DNA of 64,000 nucleotides from Eubacteriales bacterium (GCA_045649045.1 JAZRPF010000051.1:14471-78470), one strand, 5' to 3'; counted from the stretch's first letter, positions 9,042-18,925 are shown. Numbers and translations: made by a program. Notes: a model not told the origin generated them from the sequence alone.

Positions 9042-9857
9042 TCAGCGACCGAGGGCAGCAAGAACCTTTTTGGTAATCTCGGCAACGAGTGCATCGTCAT
9101 GACCGTGATTGCCGCAGGTGCAGGTGTGTTCAGTACGCTGCTCTGCATTGCCCTTGCATCTGCATTCGGAAGTACCGAGCTTATCGCACTTCTTGCATCC
9201 GGGGTGCTTGCCGGGAACATTGAACTTGCGGCGAAGCTCCATCAGCTTTTCAAGGTCACCGCAGGAAAGCTCCTGAGCGCCGCCAAGCTGCTTTGCAAGC
9301 AATGTAACCTTTGCATAGAATTCAAGAGATTCCATGTGGAAGTATGCATTCAAAAGCGTATGTCCGACAGCCAAAGCGCCGTGGTTCTGGAGAAGGAAAG
9401 TGTCATGGGTCTGGATGTAAGGTGCAAGAGAATCGGGAATTTCATCGGTCGAAGGCGTACCGTATGCGCAAACAGGAACAGAGCCGAGGAAGAGGACTGC
9501 CTCAGGCATGATCATCTGATCAAGCGGAATGTTTGCAACAGCAAAAGCGGTTGCCGTCGGGGGATGCGCGTGTACAACGCTTTTGACATCGGGGCGCTCG
9601 CGATACACGCGAAGGTGCATCTTGATTTCAGAGGAGGGGTTCAGCTTGCCTTCAAGCTTATTGCCCTGCGCATCGACCTTCAGAATCATATCGGGGGTCA
9701 TAAAGCCCTTGGATACGCCTGTCGGGGTGCAGTAGAATTCGTTGTCGTTTACCTTCACAGAGATGTTACCGTCATTTGCGGCAACAAAACCGTTCATGTA
9801 AATACGGCGACCGATTTCACAAATTTCTTTCTTGATTTCGTAAGCAGATTGTTGCAT
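9042..9857 (-). CDS. Class II aldolase (L-fuculose/rhamnulose-phosphate aldolase-like) with Cys/His-rich C-terminal extension and terminal amphipathic helix
   Basis: Carries aldolase_II motifs (NDGNISVK, VVHAHPPTATAF, LLQNHGALAVG). A ~60-aa extension, ...GCKKCDKLGTSECRCKGNAEQRTEHTCTCGNHGHDDALVAEITKKVLAALGR, follows the domain. Confidence 0.85.
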   Translation of the reverse strand: MQQSAYEIKKEICEIGRRIYMNGFVAANDGNISVKVNDNEFYCTPTGVSKGFMTPDMILKVDAQGNKLEGKLNPSSEIKMHLRVYRERPDVKSVVHAHPPTATAFAVANIPLDQMIMPEAVLFLGSVPVCAYGTPSTDEIPDSLAPYIQTHDTFLLQNHGALAVGHTLLNAYFHMESLEFYAKVTLLAKQLGGAQELSCGDLEKLMELRRKFNVPGKHPGCKKCDKLGTSECRCKGNAEQRTEHTCTCGNHGHDDALVAEITKKVLAALGR

Positions 9858-9902
9858 GGTTATATATCCTTTCTGTTTTTATAAACTCTTGTAAATAATT
9901 GT

Positions 9903-11102
9903 TTACTCTTTTGCAAGAGCAAGTGTGTCAAGTGCAATCATGTATTCCTCGTCTGTCGGAATCACCATCGCACGAACCTTGGCATTGTCCTTGCTGATGT
10001 CTGCGGCTTGCCCGCGCGGACAAGTATTGTTAACATCCTTGTCAATCACAATGCCCAAAGCATCCATATCCTCGCAAATGCGTTCGCGAATCCAGCGGTC
10101 ATTTTCACCGATGCCTGCGGTAAAGACCAGCACATCCGCGCCGTTCATCTCGGCGACATAAGAGCCGATGATTTTTTTGGCGGTATGAATCAGGATGTCA
10201 AGTGCAAGACGCGCGCGGTCGTTACCCTGATTTGCGGCATCAATCACCTCACGGCAGTCGCTTGAAACACCCGACACGCCGAGCAATCCCGATTTGCGAT
10301 TGAGAACATCGTCCATTTCCTGCGCCGTCATGCCCTCATGCTGCATGAGAAACGGGATAACAGACGGATCAAGTGAGCCGGAGCGAGTACCCATCGGCAG
10401 TCCCTCTTGCGGAGTAAAGCCCATGGAGGTATCGATGCAGTGACCGTTTTTAATCGCCGAAATCGACGAGCCGTTACCGATATGGCAGGTGATAATTTTC
10501 AGTTCATCAAGAGGCTTGCCCAGCATTTCAGCCGCCTTGCCCGAAACATAGCGGTGAGATGTTCCGTGGAAGCCATAGCGACGAACACGGTATTTTTCAT
10601 AATATTCATAAGGAATCGGATATGTATAAGCGTAGTCGGGAATATCGCCGTAGAAAGAGGTGTCGAAAACACCGATCTGCGGAATATCCTTCATGATGCG
10701 GCGGCAAGCCTCAATACCTTTAATAGCAGGCGGGCCGTGCAACGGATTGATTCCCACAATGGAATACAGATACTCAACATCCTCGTCCTTCAGGATACAG
10801 GACTTGCGGAGCTTTTCGCCGCCGTGTGCCACACGATGACCAACAGCACCAATTTCAGACATATCGGCAATGACGCCAAGCTCGGGGTCCGTCAAGAGCT
10901 TCAGAACCAACGCGATTGCATCGTCGTGACTGTCTAGTTGCACTGAAGCGCGATAGTCTTCTTTACCGGGGCGCTTATGTGTTACGGCACCGTCAACACC
11001 GATTCTCTCGCAATTACCCTTAGCAATGACCGCACCCTTGTCCATGTCGAACAGCTGATATTTCAGAGAAGAGCTGCCCGCATTGACAACCAAAATTTTC
11101 AT
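9903..11102 (-). CDS. ackA: Acetate/propionate kinase
   Basis: Reads MKILVVNAGSSSLKYQLFDM...GFHGTSHRYV...HIGNGSS. The start at 11102 has an AAGGGAGA RBS. Confidence 0.95.
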   Translation of the reverse strand: MKILVVNAGSSSLKYQLFDMDKGAVIAKGNCERIGVDGAVTHKRPGKEDYRASVQLDSHDDAIALVLKLLTDPELGVIADMSEIGAVGHRVAHGGEKLRKSCILKDEDVEYLYSIVGINPLHGPPAIKGIEACRRIMKDIPQIGVFDTSFYGDIPDYAYTYPIPYEYYEKYRVRRYGFHGTSHRYVSGKAAEMLGKPLDELKIITCHIGNGSSISAIKNGHCIDTSMGFTPQEGLPMGTRSGSLDPSVIPFLMQHEGMTAQEMDDVLNRKSGLLGVSGVSSDCREVIDAANQGNDRARLALDILIHTAKKIIGSYVAEMNGADVLVFTAGIGENDRWIRERICEDMDALGIVIDKDVNNTCPRGQAADISKDNAKVRAMVIPTDEEYMIALDTLALAKE

Positions 11103-11155
11103 AGATATCTCCCTTCTCATATTGTTTTGAAAATTTTATATGTATAAGGAATGGG

Positions 11156-11998
11156 TTATTCCTCAACACGCTTTGTTTGCAAGGAGGTTTCGTTTGCCGT
11201 ACCCGAGCCGAGTATGCGCGCCTCATTATGATACGCCACGCGAAAGCATAGCGCATCCACCACTGCAAGCCTTGCAATGTGTGAATTAAGCGCAAGCACC
11301 GTATGCCTCAATTCCTCCGTATCGGTCAAAAGCGTCACATCGCTATGTCTTGTAATCGGTGCGCGCTCCTTGCCTGTAATACAAATTGTAGAAACGCCGC
11401 GAGAGCGTGCTGCCTTTAACGCCTCTACGATATCCTTGGATGTGCCTGATTGCGAAACGCCAACTGCAACATCTCCCTCGCCCAGATAGGAAACGGCAAT
11501 CATCTGCATATGCGTATCCGAATAGGATGCCGCATTACAGCCCGCACGCAAAAGCTTATTTGCCGCCTCATCCGCCACCGCCGATGAGCTTCCAAGTCCC
11601 ACAAAAACAATTCGACCTGCATTTGCCAAAAGCTCCGCCGCCCTTTCAAGTGACTCACGGGAAATCGAGCGTTTGGTGCGTTCAAGTGAAAGGTAGGCAT
11701 CGTTGCACACCTTTTCAAGAATGTCATAGCAGCTGTCATCACTGTCAATATTGGGGGTAACGGTGCGATGCTCGGCATCGTGAGCAAGTGCGAGCTTCAA
11801 ATCCTGATAGCCACTGTAACCGAGCTTTCGCGAAAGGCGGACAATGGTCGCCTCGCTCGTGCCGCATTCAGCAGCAAAATCAACAATCGAAAGTGAAAGT
11901 ATTTCTTCGGTATGGGAAAGCAGGTAATCTGCAGCGAGGCGTTCGGCAGGCCCCATATCATCATAAAGAACCTGAACCTGCAAAAGCGCTCTGTTCAT
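11156..11998 (-). CDS. MurR/RpiR-family transcriptional regulator (HTH plus SIS sugar-phosphate-binding domain)
   Basis: Reads MNRALLQVQVLYDDMGPAERLAADYLL...SEATIVRLSRKLGYSGYQDLK, followed by the SIS pattern VFVGLGSSSAVA. It lies immediately upstream of ackA on the same strand. Confidence 0.85.
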   Translation of the reverse strand: MNRALLQVQVLYDDMGPAERLAADYLLSHTEEILSLSIVDFAAECGTSEATIVRLSRKLGYSGYQDLKLALAHDAEHRTVTPNIDSDDSCYDILEKVCNDAYLSLERTKRSISRESLERAAELLANAGRIVFVGLGSSSAVADEAANKLLRAGCNAASYSDTHMQMIAVSYLGEGDVAVGVSQSGTSKDIVEALKAARSRGVSTICITGKERAPITRHSDVTLLTDTEELRHTVLALNSHIARLAVVDALCFRVAYHNEARILGSGTANETSLQTKRVEE

Positions 11999-12360
11999 GC
12001 CGTTTTCTCCCTTCCCTTTCAAAACTTCTACTCCATAATTTATTTTACAACATCCCATGAAGTTTGTCAATAGTTTTCTGAAATTTTTTTACACTTTTCG
12101 CGGTTTTTTGTTTTTATTTTTCAAAAGATAATTAAAAATTTTTTCACTTATAATTTTTATGTCGCTTTCTGCATAGATATATACTTATAGGAAGATGTTT
12201 TGTTCAAAGCTCAGCTCTTCCCTGCCACAATTATTTGCAAGCTTTCGGGGAATCTTCGCGACAAATTTATCAAAATCCCTTTCATATCTTGCAATATACA
12301 AAAAGTCATGCTATAATAGAGCGGAAAGGAGAGCGACCTTGCTGTCGTCATGAAGATTAT

Positions 12361-13335
12361 ATGCATTTGAATAAACAAGCCCTCGTTATTATGAATCCGT
12401 CAGCAGGACAAAAAAGTGCAAACCGTTACCTTATCGACATCATTGCTTTTCTGAACACGCATGGCTACATTACCACCGTATTGACAACAACAAAAGCAGT
12501 TGGCGGTGATGCTTTAGCCATGACCTACGGGCAAGGCTATGATTTGATTATCTGCATTGGCGGCGACGGTACTCTTCACCAAGTCATCAGCGGCGTCATC
12601 AGCGGCGGCCTGCAAGCGCCGATTGCCTATATTCCAGCAGGGACAACAAATGATTTCGCCAGAAGTCTGGACATCCCAACAGACCCTATGCGTGCTGTTC
12701 AAAATGCAGTTTTAGGCTCTCCGAGGGCGCTGGACATTGGTCTTTTCAACCAAGAAAAATTCACTTATGTTGCCTCCTGCGGTGCTTTTACATCCTCGTC
12801 CTACTCCGCGTCGCGCTCTCTGAAAAATGCCATCGGTCATTTAGCATACATTCTTGAAAGCATCCGCGCACTCCCCGATATCCGTCCGATTCATCTGACT
12901 GTGGAAACGGAAAATGCCGTTTACGAGGATGATTATATTTTCGCCGCTGTCTGTAACACCACCTCACTTGGCGGAATTTTACGACTGAAAGAAGAGCAGG
13001 TCGACCTTTGCGACGGCAAATTGGAATGTCTTTTAATCCGCAGCCCTAAAAACATGATTGAATTCACGCAAATTATACGCAGTCTGCAAACCATGGAATA
13101 CAATGCACCGCTCATGCACTTTTTCCGCACATCTCACGCAGTCTTTCATACACCGCCTACGCTTGACTGGTCTTTGGACGGTGAGCATACAACCTCCTCC
13201 AAAGAAGTCAGCATCGGCGTCATTTCTCACGCCATACGCCTCATGTTGCCCAAAAAAGCCAAGCACCCTTCTCAAAAGCTGGCAGGGCGGATAGATTCCA
13301 CTCTCTCAAACAAACTGTCGAATCGAGAAAAGTAA
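12361..13335 (+). CDS. Diacylglycerol/lipid kinase (YegS/DagK family)
   Basis: Contains LVIMNPSAGQ...DLIICIGGDGTLHQVISG...IPAGTTNDFARSL. A TTGCAA-17-TATAAT promoter lies at about 12289-12317. The start is placed at the in-frame ATG 12361. Confidence 0.8.
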   Translation: MHLNKQALVIMNPSAGQKSANRYLIDIIAFLNTHGYITTVLTTTKAVGGDALAMTYGQGYDLIICIGGDGTLHQVISGVISGGLQAPIAYIPAGTTNDFARSLDIPTDPMRAVQNAVLGSPRALDIGLFNQEKFTYVASCGAFTSSSYSASRSLKNAIGHLAYILESIRALPDIRPIHLTVETENAVYEDDYIFAAVCNTTSLGGILRLKEEQVDLCDGKLECLLIRSPKNMIEFTQIIRSLQTMEYNAPLMHFFRTSHAVFHTPPTLDWSLDGEHTTSSKEVSIGVISHAIRLMLPKKAKHPSQKLAGRIDSTLSNKLSNREK

Positions 13336-13375
13336 ATCTTTGTTTACAAACAAAAAGTTTATATAAGGAGCCTTT

Positions 13376-14098
13376 ATGAACACGATTAAAATCGAAAAAA
13401 GGCAAGCATTGCTTGTCGCACATCGCGGCGCCAGCGGTCTTGAAAGAGAAAATTCTATTGCCGCTTTCATCGCGGCAGGTAACCGCAGTTATTTTGGGAT
13501 TGAAACTGATGTACACAAAACATCAGACGGGCAGTTTGTTTTAATGCATGACGGTGTTACTTCGCGCGTTTCCTCACAAGAATTGACGATCGCCGACTCA
13601 ACAGCAGAAGAGCTTTCCAAAGTCCGCCTGTACGGTTACGACAACCAGACTTTACGAGCAGACCTGTGTATTCCGACACTGAGGGACTACATCTCTATTT
13701 GCAAGCACTATGAGAAGACGGCGGTCCTTGAATTAAAGAGTGACTTCACAACCGATGAGCTGTGTCGCATCATTGCCGAATTTGAAGCGGCGGACTATCT
13801 TTCGCGCGTAATTTTCATTTCCTTTCTCTATGAAAACTTAGTAAAAATCCGCGAACTTCTCCCCGAGCAGCCCATCCAATATCTGACGATGGACGGCGAT
13901 ACAAAAGAAGCTATCCGTCTTGCGTCGGCACATCACATGGATCTTGATGTTCATCAAAAAATGATTACCAAAGAATTTGTAGATGCTTGTCACAAGGCAG
14001 GCATCAAGGTGAATGTATGGACCGTCAACACTGTCGAAGCGGCGCAAAGAGCCATTGATGCAGGTGTCGACTTTGTCACCACAAACATACTTGAATAA
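13376..14098 (+). CDS. Glycerophosphodiester phosphodiesterase
   Basis: Contains LVAHRGASGLERENSIAAFIAAG...GIETDVHKTSDGQFVLMHD and a C-terminal VNVWTVN...GVDFVTTN. RBS AAGGAG. Confidence 0.85.
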   Translation: MNTIKIEKRQALLVAHRGASGLERENSIAAFIAAGNRSYFGIETDVHKTSDGQFVLMHDGVTSRVSSQELTIADSTAEELSKVRLYGYDNQTLRADLCIPTLRDYISICKHYEKTAVLELKSDFTTDELCRIIAEFEAADYLSRVIFISFLYENLVKIRELLPEQPIQYLTMDGDTKEAIRLASAHHMDLDVHQKMITKEFVDACHKAGIKVNVWTVNTVEAAQRAIDAGVDFVTTNILE

Positions 14099-14295
14099 AA
14101 ATGATGAAAAAGTCCCGGCAACGGTCCTATCTGTTCGCCGTGGCTTTTTTCGACCTTAATCTTTCTTTTTTGAAATTTTTGTGAAAAATTTGAATGTTTG
14201 ATTTTCTTTCTTGACAACCGTCGCACTTCATGTTATACTGATTTATATACTTTGACACATTGAAAACTTTTGCCATTCATGGCACGGAGGTCATT

Positions 14296-15963
14296 ATGAA
14301 AAAACTTTTATCGCTTTGCCTTTGTCTGCTTTTGGTAGCTGCTTGCCTGCCTATCACGGCATTTGCAACAGGGCTTCATGTAGACAGTGTTTTTGCACCG
14401 GAAAAAGAAGCTGCTGAATCAATTGAGGATGCCGTTCTTGCAGCACTGGGCGAACAGGATTCTTCACTTTATGTAACAAACGGTTTGCTTTACAATTATC
14501 GTGCTTATGATTTCACCTACATACCGGCTTTGGGCGAGAGCGTACAAGGTGTTCTTGCTTTGGGTGAGGACAAGGCACTTACCTTAAAATCCCTTATCGG
14601 CGTTATCGACTATACATCTGATGTCATGGGAATGCAGGATTACAGCTATGACTTCACCGTAACAGGTCGCTTTTCTCTTCCCGGAACAAAGGAAGGCACC
14701 TTGATGTCCTTGGGCGAGCTGAAAATAGAAGCGGCCCCCCCCTTCTCTTCACTGAAGGTCGGTTTTGGAACTGATATCTCCACGGTCATGCCCTCCTTTA
14801 CTGCGATTCAGGCAAATGAAGCCTTTAATCTGGCGCTTTCCGCGCGGTTGAGCCCCTCCTTTGCCGATGATGGCGCGCTTTCGGGTTGCCGTAAGATAGT
14901 GAACTATCTTGCATTAAACAACGCAAAGGTTGGTTCGACAGACGGATTTTTGCTTGAATGCACACAACCGACAATTCTATCAAAAGATGTTGTTCTGGGT
15001 GGCGATGCCGATTTGAATGTTTTTTCCATCCAATTTTACAATCGCGAGCTTTCCGAGCTTGACATCAAGCAAAACAGCTTTGCGGATATTGTTTATTATC
15101 ATGGCATTGACGCGCTTTCCGTTTCTTATCTGACCGATGAAGCGCGTGAAGCATATATGGCGCCCTTGCTTGCAGCAGCGGACCCTTACGCACTGACCGC
15201 AGATGAAGCAAAAGCACTTGTCGCACAGGGAAAAGAGGCACTCGACGCAATCGGCGAAAGCTATGATTATTCAAAATATACTTTGGAAGATAAGGGTGGC
15301 GATTCTGTTTGGTACGAAACACACAATGCGCTGATGGCGCTTGCCGCTGAAAACGGCTTGGATCTCTCCGCTTATTTCAAGCTCCCTGTATCTCTTGCAG
15401 AAGATTTGATTTATGAAATTGAAGACTTTATCAATGACAAGTCACTGACAAACGATACCCTTTCCGCCATCATCACCGACATGATTGCTCCCTACAGCGA
15501 AATGATGGCAAGTGCCATCACCTTTGACGGCTATCAGGCAAAGCTTGAAGGTGAATCTGCCATTCGTGCGCGCTTCAGTGTTGACAATGCAAAAATCAAG
15601 GCACTTGAGGACCTTGGTCTGACTGTTACCTACGGCATCACCAAGACAGGATCTGATGCACAGTCCTTCGAGGTGGTTTACGGCGAAGATGCAACCGCCG
15701 CGCACATTTATCAAAGCGAGGCGACAAATCGCTTTGCAGCTATGACCTCTTTGCCCGAGAATGCCGATGCCGCAGACTATAACCATCCGTACAAATTCGG
15801 CGCATTCATTACGGTCGAAAGCGGTGATGACATCTACACTCTCGTGTTTGATTGTGCAGGAGAGCTTGGCACTGTTGCAACTGTCAAAGGTATTTGCACA
15901 TATTTCGCACAGAACGGATACGAATCCGCTCCCGCAATCGTTCGTGCTTCCACTATTTCGTAA
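14296..15963 (+). CDS. Secreted LamG-like (concanavalin-type jelly-roll) domain protein
   Basis: The signal peptide is MKKLLSLCLCLLLVAACLPITAFA. VFSIQFYNRELSELDIKQNSFADI matches the ...(V/I)YNRALSxxEIxxN ending of LamG_3 domains. It is a paralog of 16303..18873. Confidence 0.6.
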   Translation: MKKLLSLCLCLLLVAACLPITAFATGLHVDSVFAPEKEAAESIEDAVLAALGEQDSSLYVTNGLLYNYRAYDFTYIPALGESVQGVLALGEDKALTLKSLIGVIDYTSDVMGMQDYSYDFTVTGRFSLPGTKEGTLMSLGELKIEAAPPFSSLKVGFGTDISTVMPSFTAIQANEAFNLALSARLSPSFADDGALSGCRKIVNYLALNNAKVGSTDGFLLECTQPTILSKDVVLGGDADLNVFSIQFYNRELSELDIKQNSFADIVYYHGIDALSVSYLTDEAREAYMAPLLAAADPYALTADEAKALVAQGKEALDAIGESYDYSKYTLEDKGGDSVWYETHNALMALAAENGLDLSAYFKLPVSLAEDLIYEIEDFINDKSLTNDTLSAIITDMIAPYSEMMASAITFDGYQAKLEGESAIRARFSVDNAKIKALEDLGLTVTYGITKTGSDAQSFEVVYGEDATAAHIYQSEATNRFAAMTSLPENADAADYNHPYKFGAFITVESGDDIYTLVFDCAGELGTVATVKGICTYFAQNGYESAPAIVRASTIS

Positions 15964-16302
15964 ACAGCACACAACCAATCATAAAGCGCAAGCGGTTGCG
16001 AATGTCGAAAAGGCATTCGCAACCGCTTTTTATACTGCAGCTTGAGGTGCTTTTCTCAAAAAAAATTCCTCCTCATTTTTTTGGCAAAATTGCATTTTCG
16101 ACCTTGACTTTTAGGCGTTTTTATGGTAGAATGTGATAAAAAGAGGACATTTTTTAGAACAAGAGAATGGATGCGCATGTTCTTTGTGCAACATGCACAT
16201 TCTTTTTTGAGCTTTTTTGTACAAAATATCCTCATCTTATGTAAGTAAAATTTTATTTGCCCTGTGGGTAGCTTTGACGAACCAAAGCGGGAAGGATTGA
16301 AC

Positions 16303-18873
16303 ATGAAGAAGAAATTATTAAGCCTATTGCTTACAGCATCTATGCTTGTAGCTGTGCTTCCTATTTTCACGGTAAGCGCTACTGAGGCTGACAGCAACAA
16401 TGAAGCGACTACGAATTATGCTGACCTGTACGTTCAGGACGGTCTTCTTTCCTTGGTAACCATGAACGGTATCACAAGTACAGAAGAGTTGACCGACCAC
16501 GCAGGAAGACCGATTGCTATCCTTGCCGCAGACGGCACAGGAACTCCTACATATGCAGTGAAGGATGACGGACTTTATCTTGGTGCCAATGCGCAATTGA
16601 ACATCGCCGATGTGGTTGCATTGCCCGAGGACGAGGTCGCTACCGGTTTCACCTATCAGTTTGTCTTTGCTCTCAAAAATGATGACTTTGCAAATAAAGC
16701 TCCGGCGAAGAAATCACAATTCAGCTGGGAAGGCGCATACGCTGTGCGCAATGTCTTCACCGCCGGTCCGCTTAATGTTCTTGTTGAGCCGATTGCCGCC
16801 GATGTTGCGGCTTCTCTGCTTGAAAACAAAACCGATGTCATGTCCGATTACCAATTTGCAGGTGGTGTTTCGAAGTCCTACCTACAGCTTTTCGACACCT
16901 ACCACTCCGACTATGACCGTTCTTCTGTGTTGCCTCGTCTGATGACCTTTGATTACGATAAAGTTTCTTCTCTGACCTTCACTGGCGCAAGCAAGAAAAT
17001 TGTGCAAACAATGGTTGGTAAGGGTGAAAACGGAACCGATTTGATTGTCACAACATATGGCGGCTATCTGTATTCCATTTATCGCAACAGTGACAAGGTT
17101 GATGTCAATGCAAATAGATTTGTAGCCAATGATCAATATACGAGTCCCTCTACAGCTTTGATCGCAGGTAATGATATGCCGATGGTTCTTTATTCTATCC
17201 GTGCATATAACCGTGAATTGACTACTCTTGAAATTCAGCAGAACAATTTTGCAGACATTGCATCCTACTATCAACTCAATCTTCAGTATTTTAACCCCTT
17301 GGATGACTTTGGCAAACAAATGATTTATGCTGCATTTGCAAGCAAGAGCATCTCCGAGCTTTCCGCTTATGAAGCGCAAGCGTTGCTCGACGACACCTAC
17401 AACAACATTCCCGTTAATTATAGATATTCCTATAACCATCTCTTTGTAAGCGACGGCTTAGTGGCCGAGCTTAACTTCAGCAATGTGACCGAGTCCACCG
17501 CCTGCAAAGAAACTGAATTTGAGCAGGGTGGCAAGGTTATCGCTCAGTTCTTACCCTATGCTCCTTCAAGCTCCGGCACTTATACATGGTCTTACGGTAA
17601 TGGCTATCTTCAAACAGGATTGAACGGCGCACTTGATATGTCCTCTGTCATGGAAGGACTGACAGACTACACCGTTCAGGTTACTATGGCGCACAATTCG
17701 ACATCCGATGACGACCTCTTTGCCAGTAGCAACCGTCCTGCCATTGACCCCAGAAGAAACATCGCAAAACGCGTTTCGATGATTCATGTCGGTGCGCTTT
17801 GCTATGATATTGATTTTAACGAAAAGACTGCCGCAACAGACGGCCGTAGCGGTGTTAAAACGTCTGCTCTTCGTCTTTGGGACGGAAGCACATATACGCC
17901 GACCGCAATCATGACCTTGGACGACAAGACAGATGCATCCAAGATGGTTTTGGCAAATCCCTTGAACTCCCCCTTCAATTACACGATTTCCCAGAAAGTC
18001 GATGGCGATAAGGCAACTGTTTCGGTTTACTCAAAAGCAAACTTGGCAGGAAGTACCGATGTGACGCTTCCCGCTACTGATGCACAGCCGCCGAAGTCCC
18101 TCGTATTCGGTGCAGTTGTAAACACGAACATCTATTCTGTCCGCGTTTATAACCGCGCACTCTCCGAGCAGGAGATTAAGCAAAACCATTTTGCAGAGCT
18201 TGCAAGCAAACTCTACATTTCTCCTGCACTTTTCGAAAGGCTTTCTGACGAACAAAAAGCTTCCGTTTATGACACTTACGCAAATGTAAGTCTCTTTGAT
18301 ACGACGGTTACCAAGGAATCGATGGAATCTGAAATCGCCAAGATTTGCTCCCAGAACAACCTGAAGGATATGGCTTCGATTCTTGTCAGCTTCAAGGGAT
18401 TCCAGATGGCAACATCCGATGAGGTTGCGCTTCGTCCCCTCTTCGCAACAGATGAATCTCTCCTCGCTCTCGCATTACAAAACGCCTCTGTTTCCATCGG
18501 CGTCCTTTATGCTCCTGCAGGCACTGCTCTCCCCACCGTTTCTGTTGGTGATAAGGTGACAGCTTCCGAGGGCGCAACACTTGTTGAATATTATGCAAAC
18601 GGCGTGAAAAACTCTCAGGCTCAAACATTTGAAAATGATGTTGTTGCACGCTTCACCGCAAAAATCCAGCCGACTGATTACAATGCCGAATATGTTTGCC
18701 GCGCTTATATTGCTTTGAAGACCGCTAATGCCACAGAAATTGTCTACTGCGATACAACATCTGCCCTCTTTGGTGAATCGGTATCTGCAACCGAGCTTGC
18801 AAACTACTTTTATCAGGAAGGCTACACAACCGGCGGCATCAAAACAGTGTATGATGCCGCAAACGCACAGTAA
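16303..18873 (+). CDS. Secreted protein with two LamG-like domains
   Basis: The signal peptide is MKKKLLSLLLTASMLVAVLPIFTVSA. It carries two copies of the LamG-end motif (LYSIRAYNRELTTLEIQQNNFADI and IYSVRVYNRALSEQEIKQNHFAEL). Its C-terminal region parallels that of 14296..15963. Confidence 0.6.
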   Translation: MKKKLLSLLLTASMLVAVLPIFTVSATEADSNNEATTNYADLYVQDGLLSLVTMNGITSTEELTDHAGRPIAILAADGTGTPTYAVKDDGLYLGANAQLNIADVVALPEDEVATGFTYQFVFALKNDDFANKAPAKKSQFSWEGAYAVRNVFTAGPLNVLVEPIAADVAASLLENKTDVMSDYQFAGGVSKSYLQLFDTYHSDYDRSSVLPRLMTFDYDKVSSLTFTGASKKIVQTMVGKGENGTDLIVTTYGGYLYSIYRNSDKVDVNANRFVANDQYTSPSTALIAGNDMPMVLYSIRAYNRELTTLEIQQNNFADIASYYQLNLQYFNPLDDFGKQMIYAAFASKSISELSAYEAQALLDDTYNNIPVNYRYSYNHLFVSDGLVAELNFSNVTESTACKETEFEQGGKVIAQFLPYAPSSSGTYTWSYGNGYLQTGLNGALDMSSVMEGLTDYTVQVTMAHNSTSDDDLFASSNRPAIDPRRNIAKRVSMIHVGALCYDIDFNEKTAATDGRSGVKTSALRLWDGSTYTPTAIMTLDDKTDASKMVLANPLNSPFNYTISQKVDGDKATVSVYSKANLAGSTDVTLPATDAQPPKSLVFGAVVNTNIYSVRVYNRALSEQEIKQNHFAELASKLYISPALFERLSDEQKASVYDTYANVSLFDTTVTKESMESEIAKICSQNNLKDMASILVSFKGFQMATSDEVALRPLFATDESLLALALQNASVSIGVLYAPAGTALPTVSVGDKVTASEGATLVEYYANGVKNSQAQTFENDVVARFTAKIQPTDYNAEYVCRAYIALKTANATEIVYCDTTSALFGESVSATELANYFYQEGYTTGGIKTVYDAANAQ

Positions 18874-18880
18874 TTTTTGA

Positions 18881-18925
18881 CACATCAGGGTGAGGCAAAC
18901 AAATGCCTCGCCCTGATGTGCTTCA
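18881..18925 (+). terminator. Stem-loop downstream of the LamG gene
   Basis: CACATCAGGGTGAGGCA / TGCCTCGCCCTGATGTG is a long perfect stem. It has no clear T-run. Confidence 0.45.
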
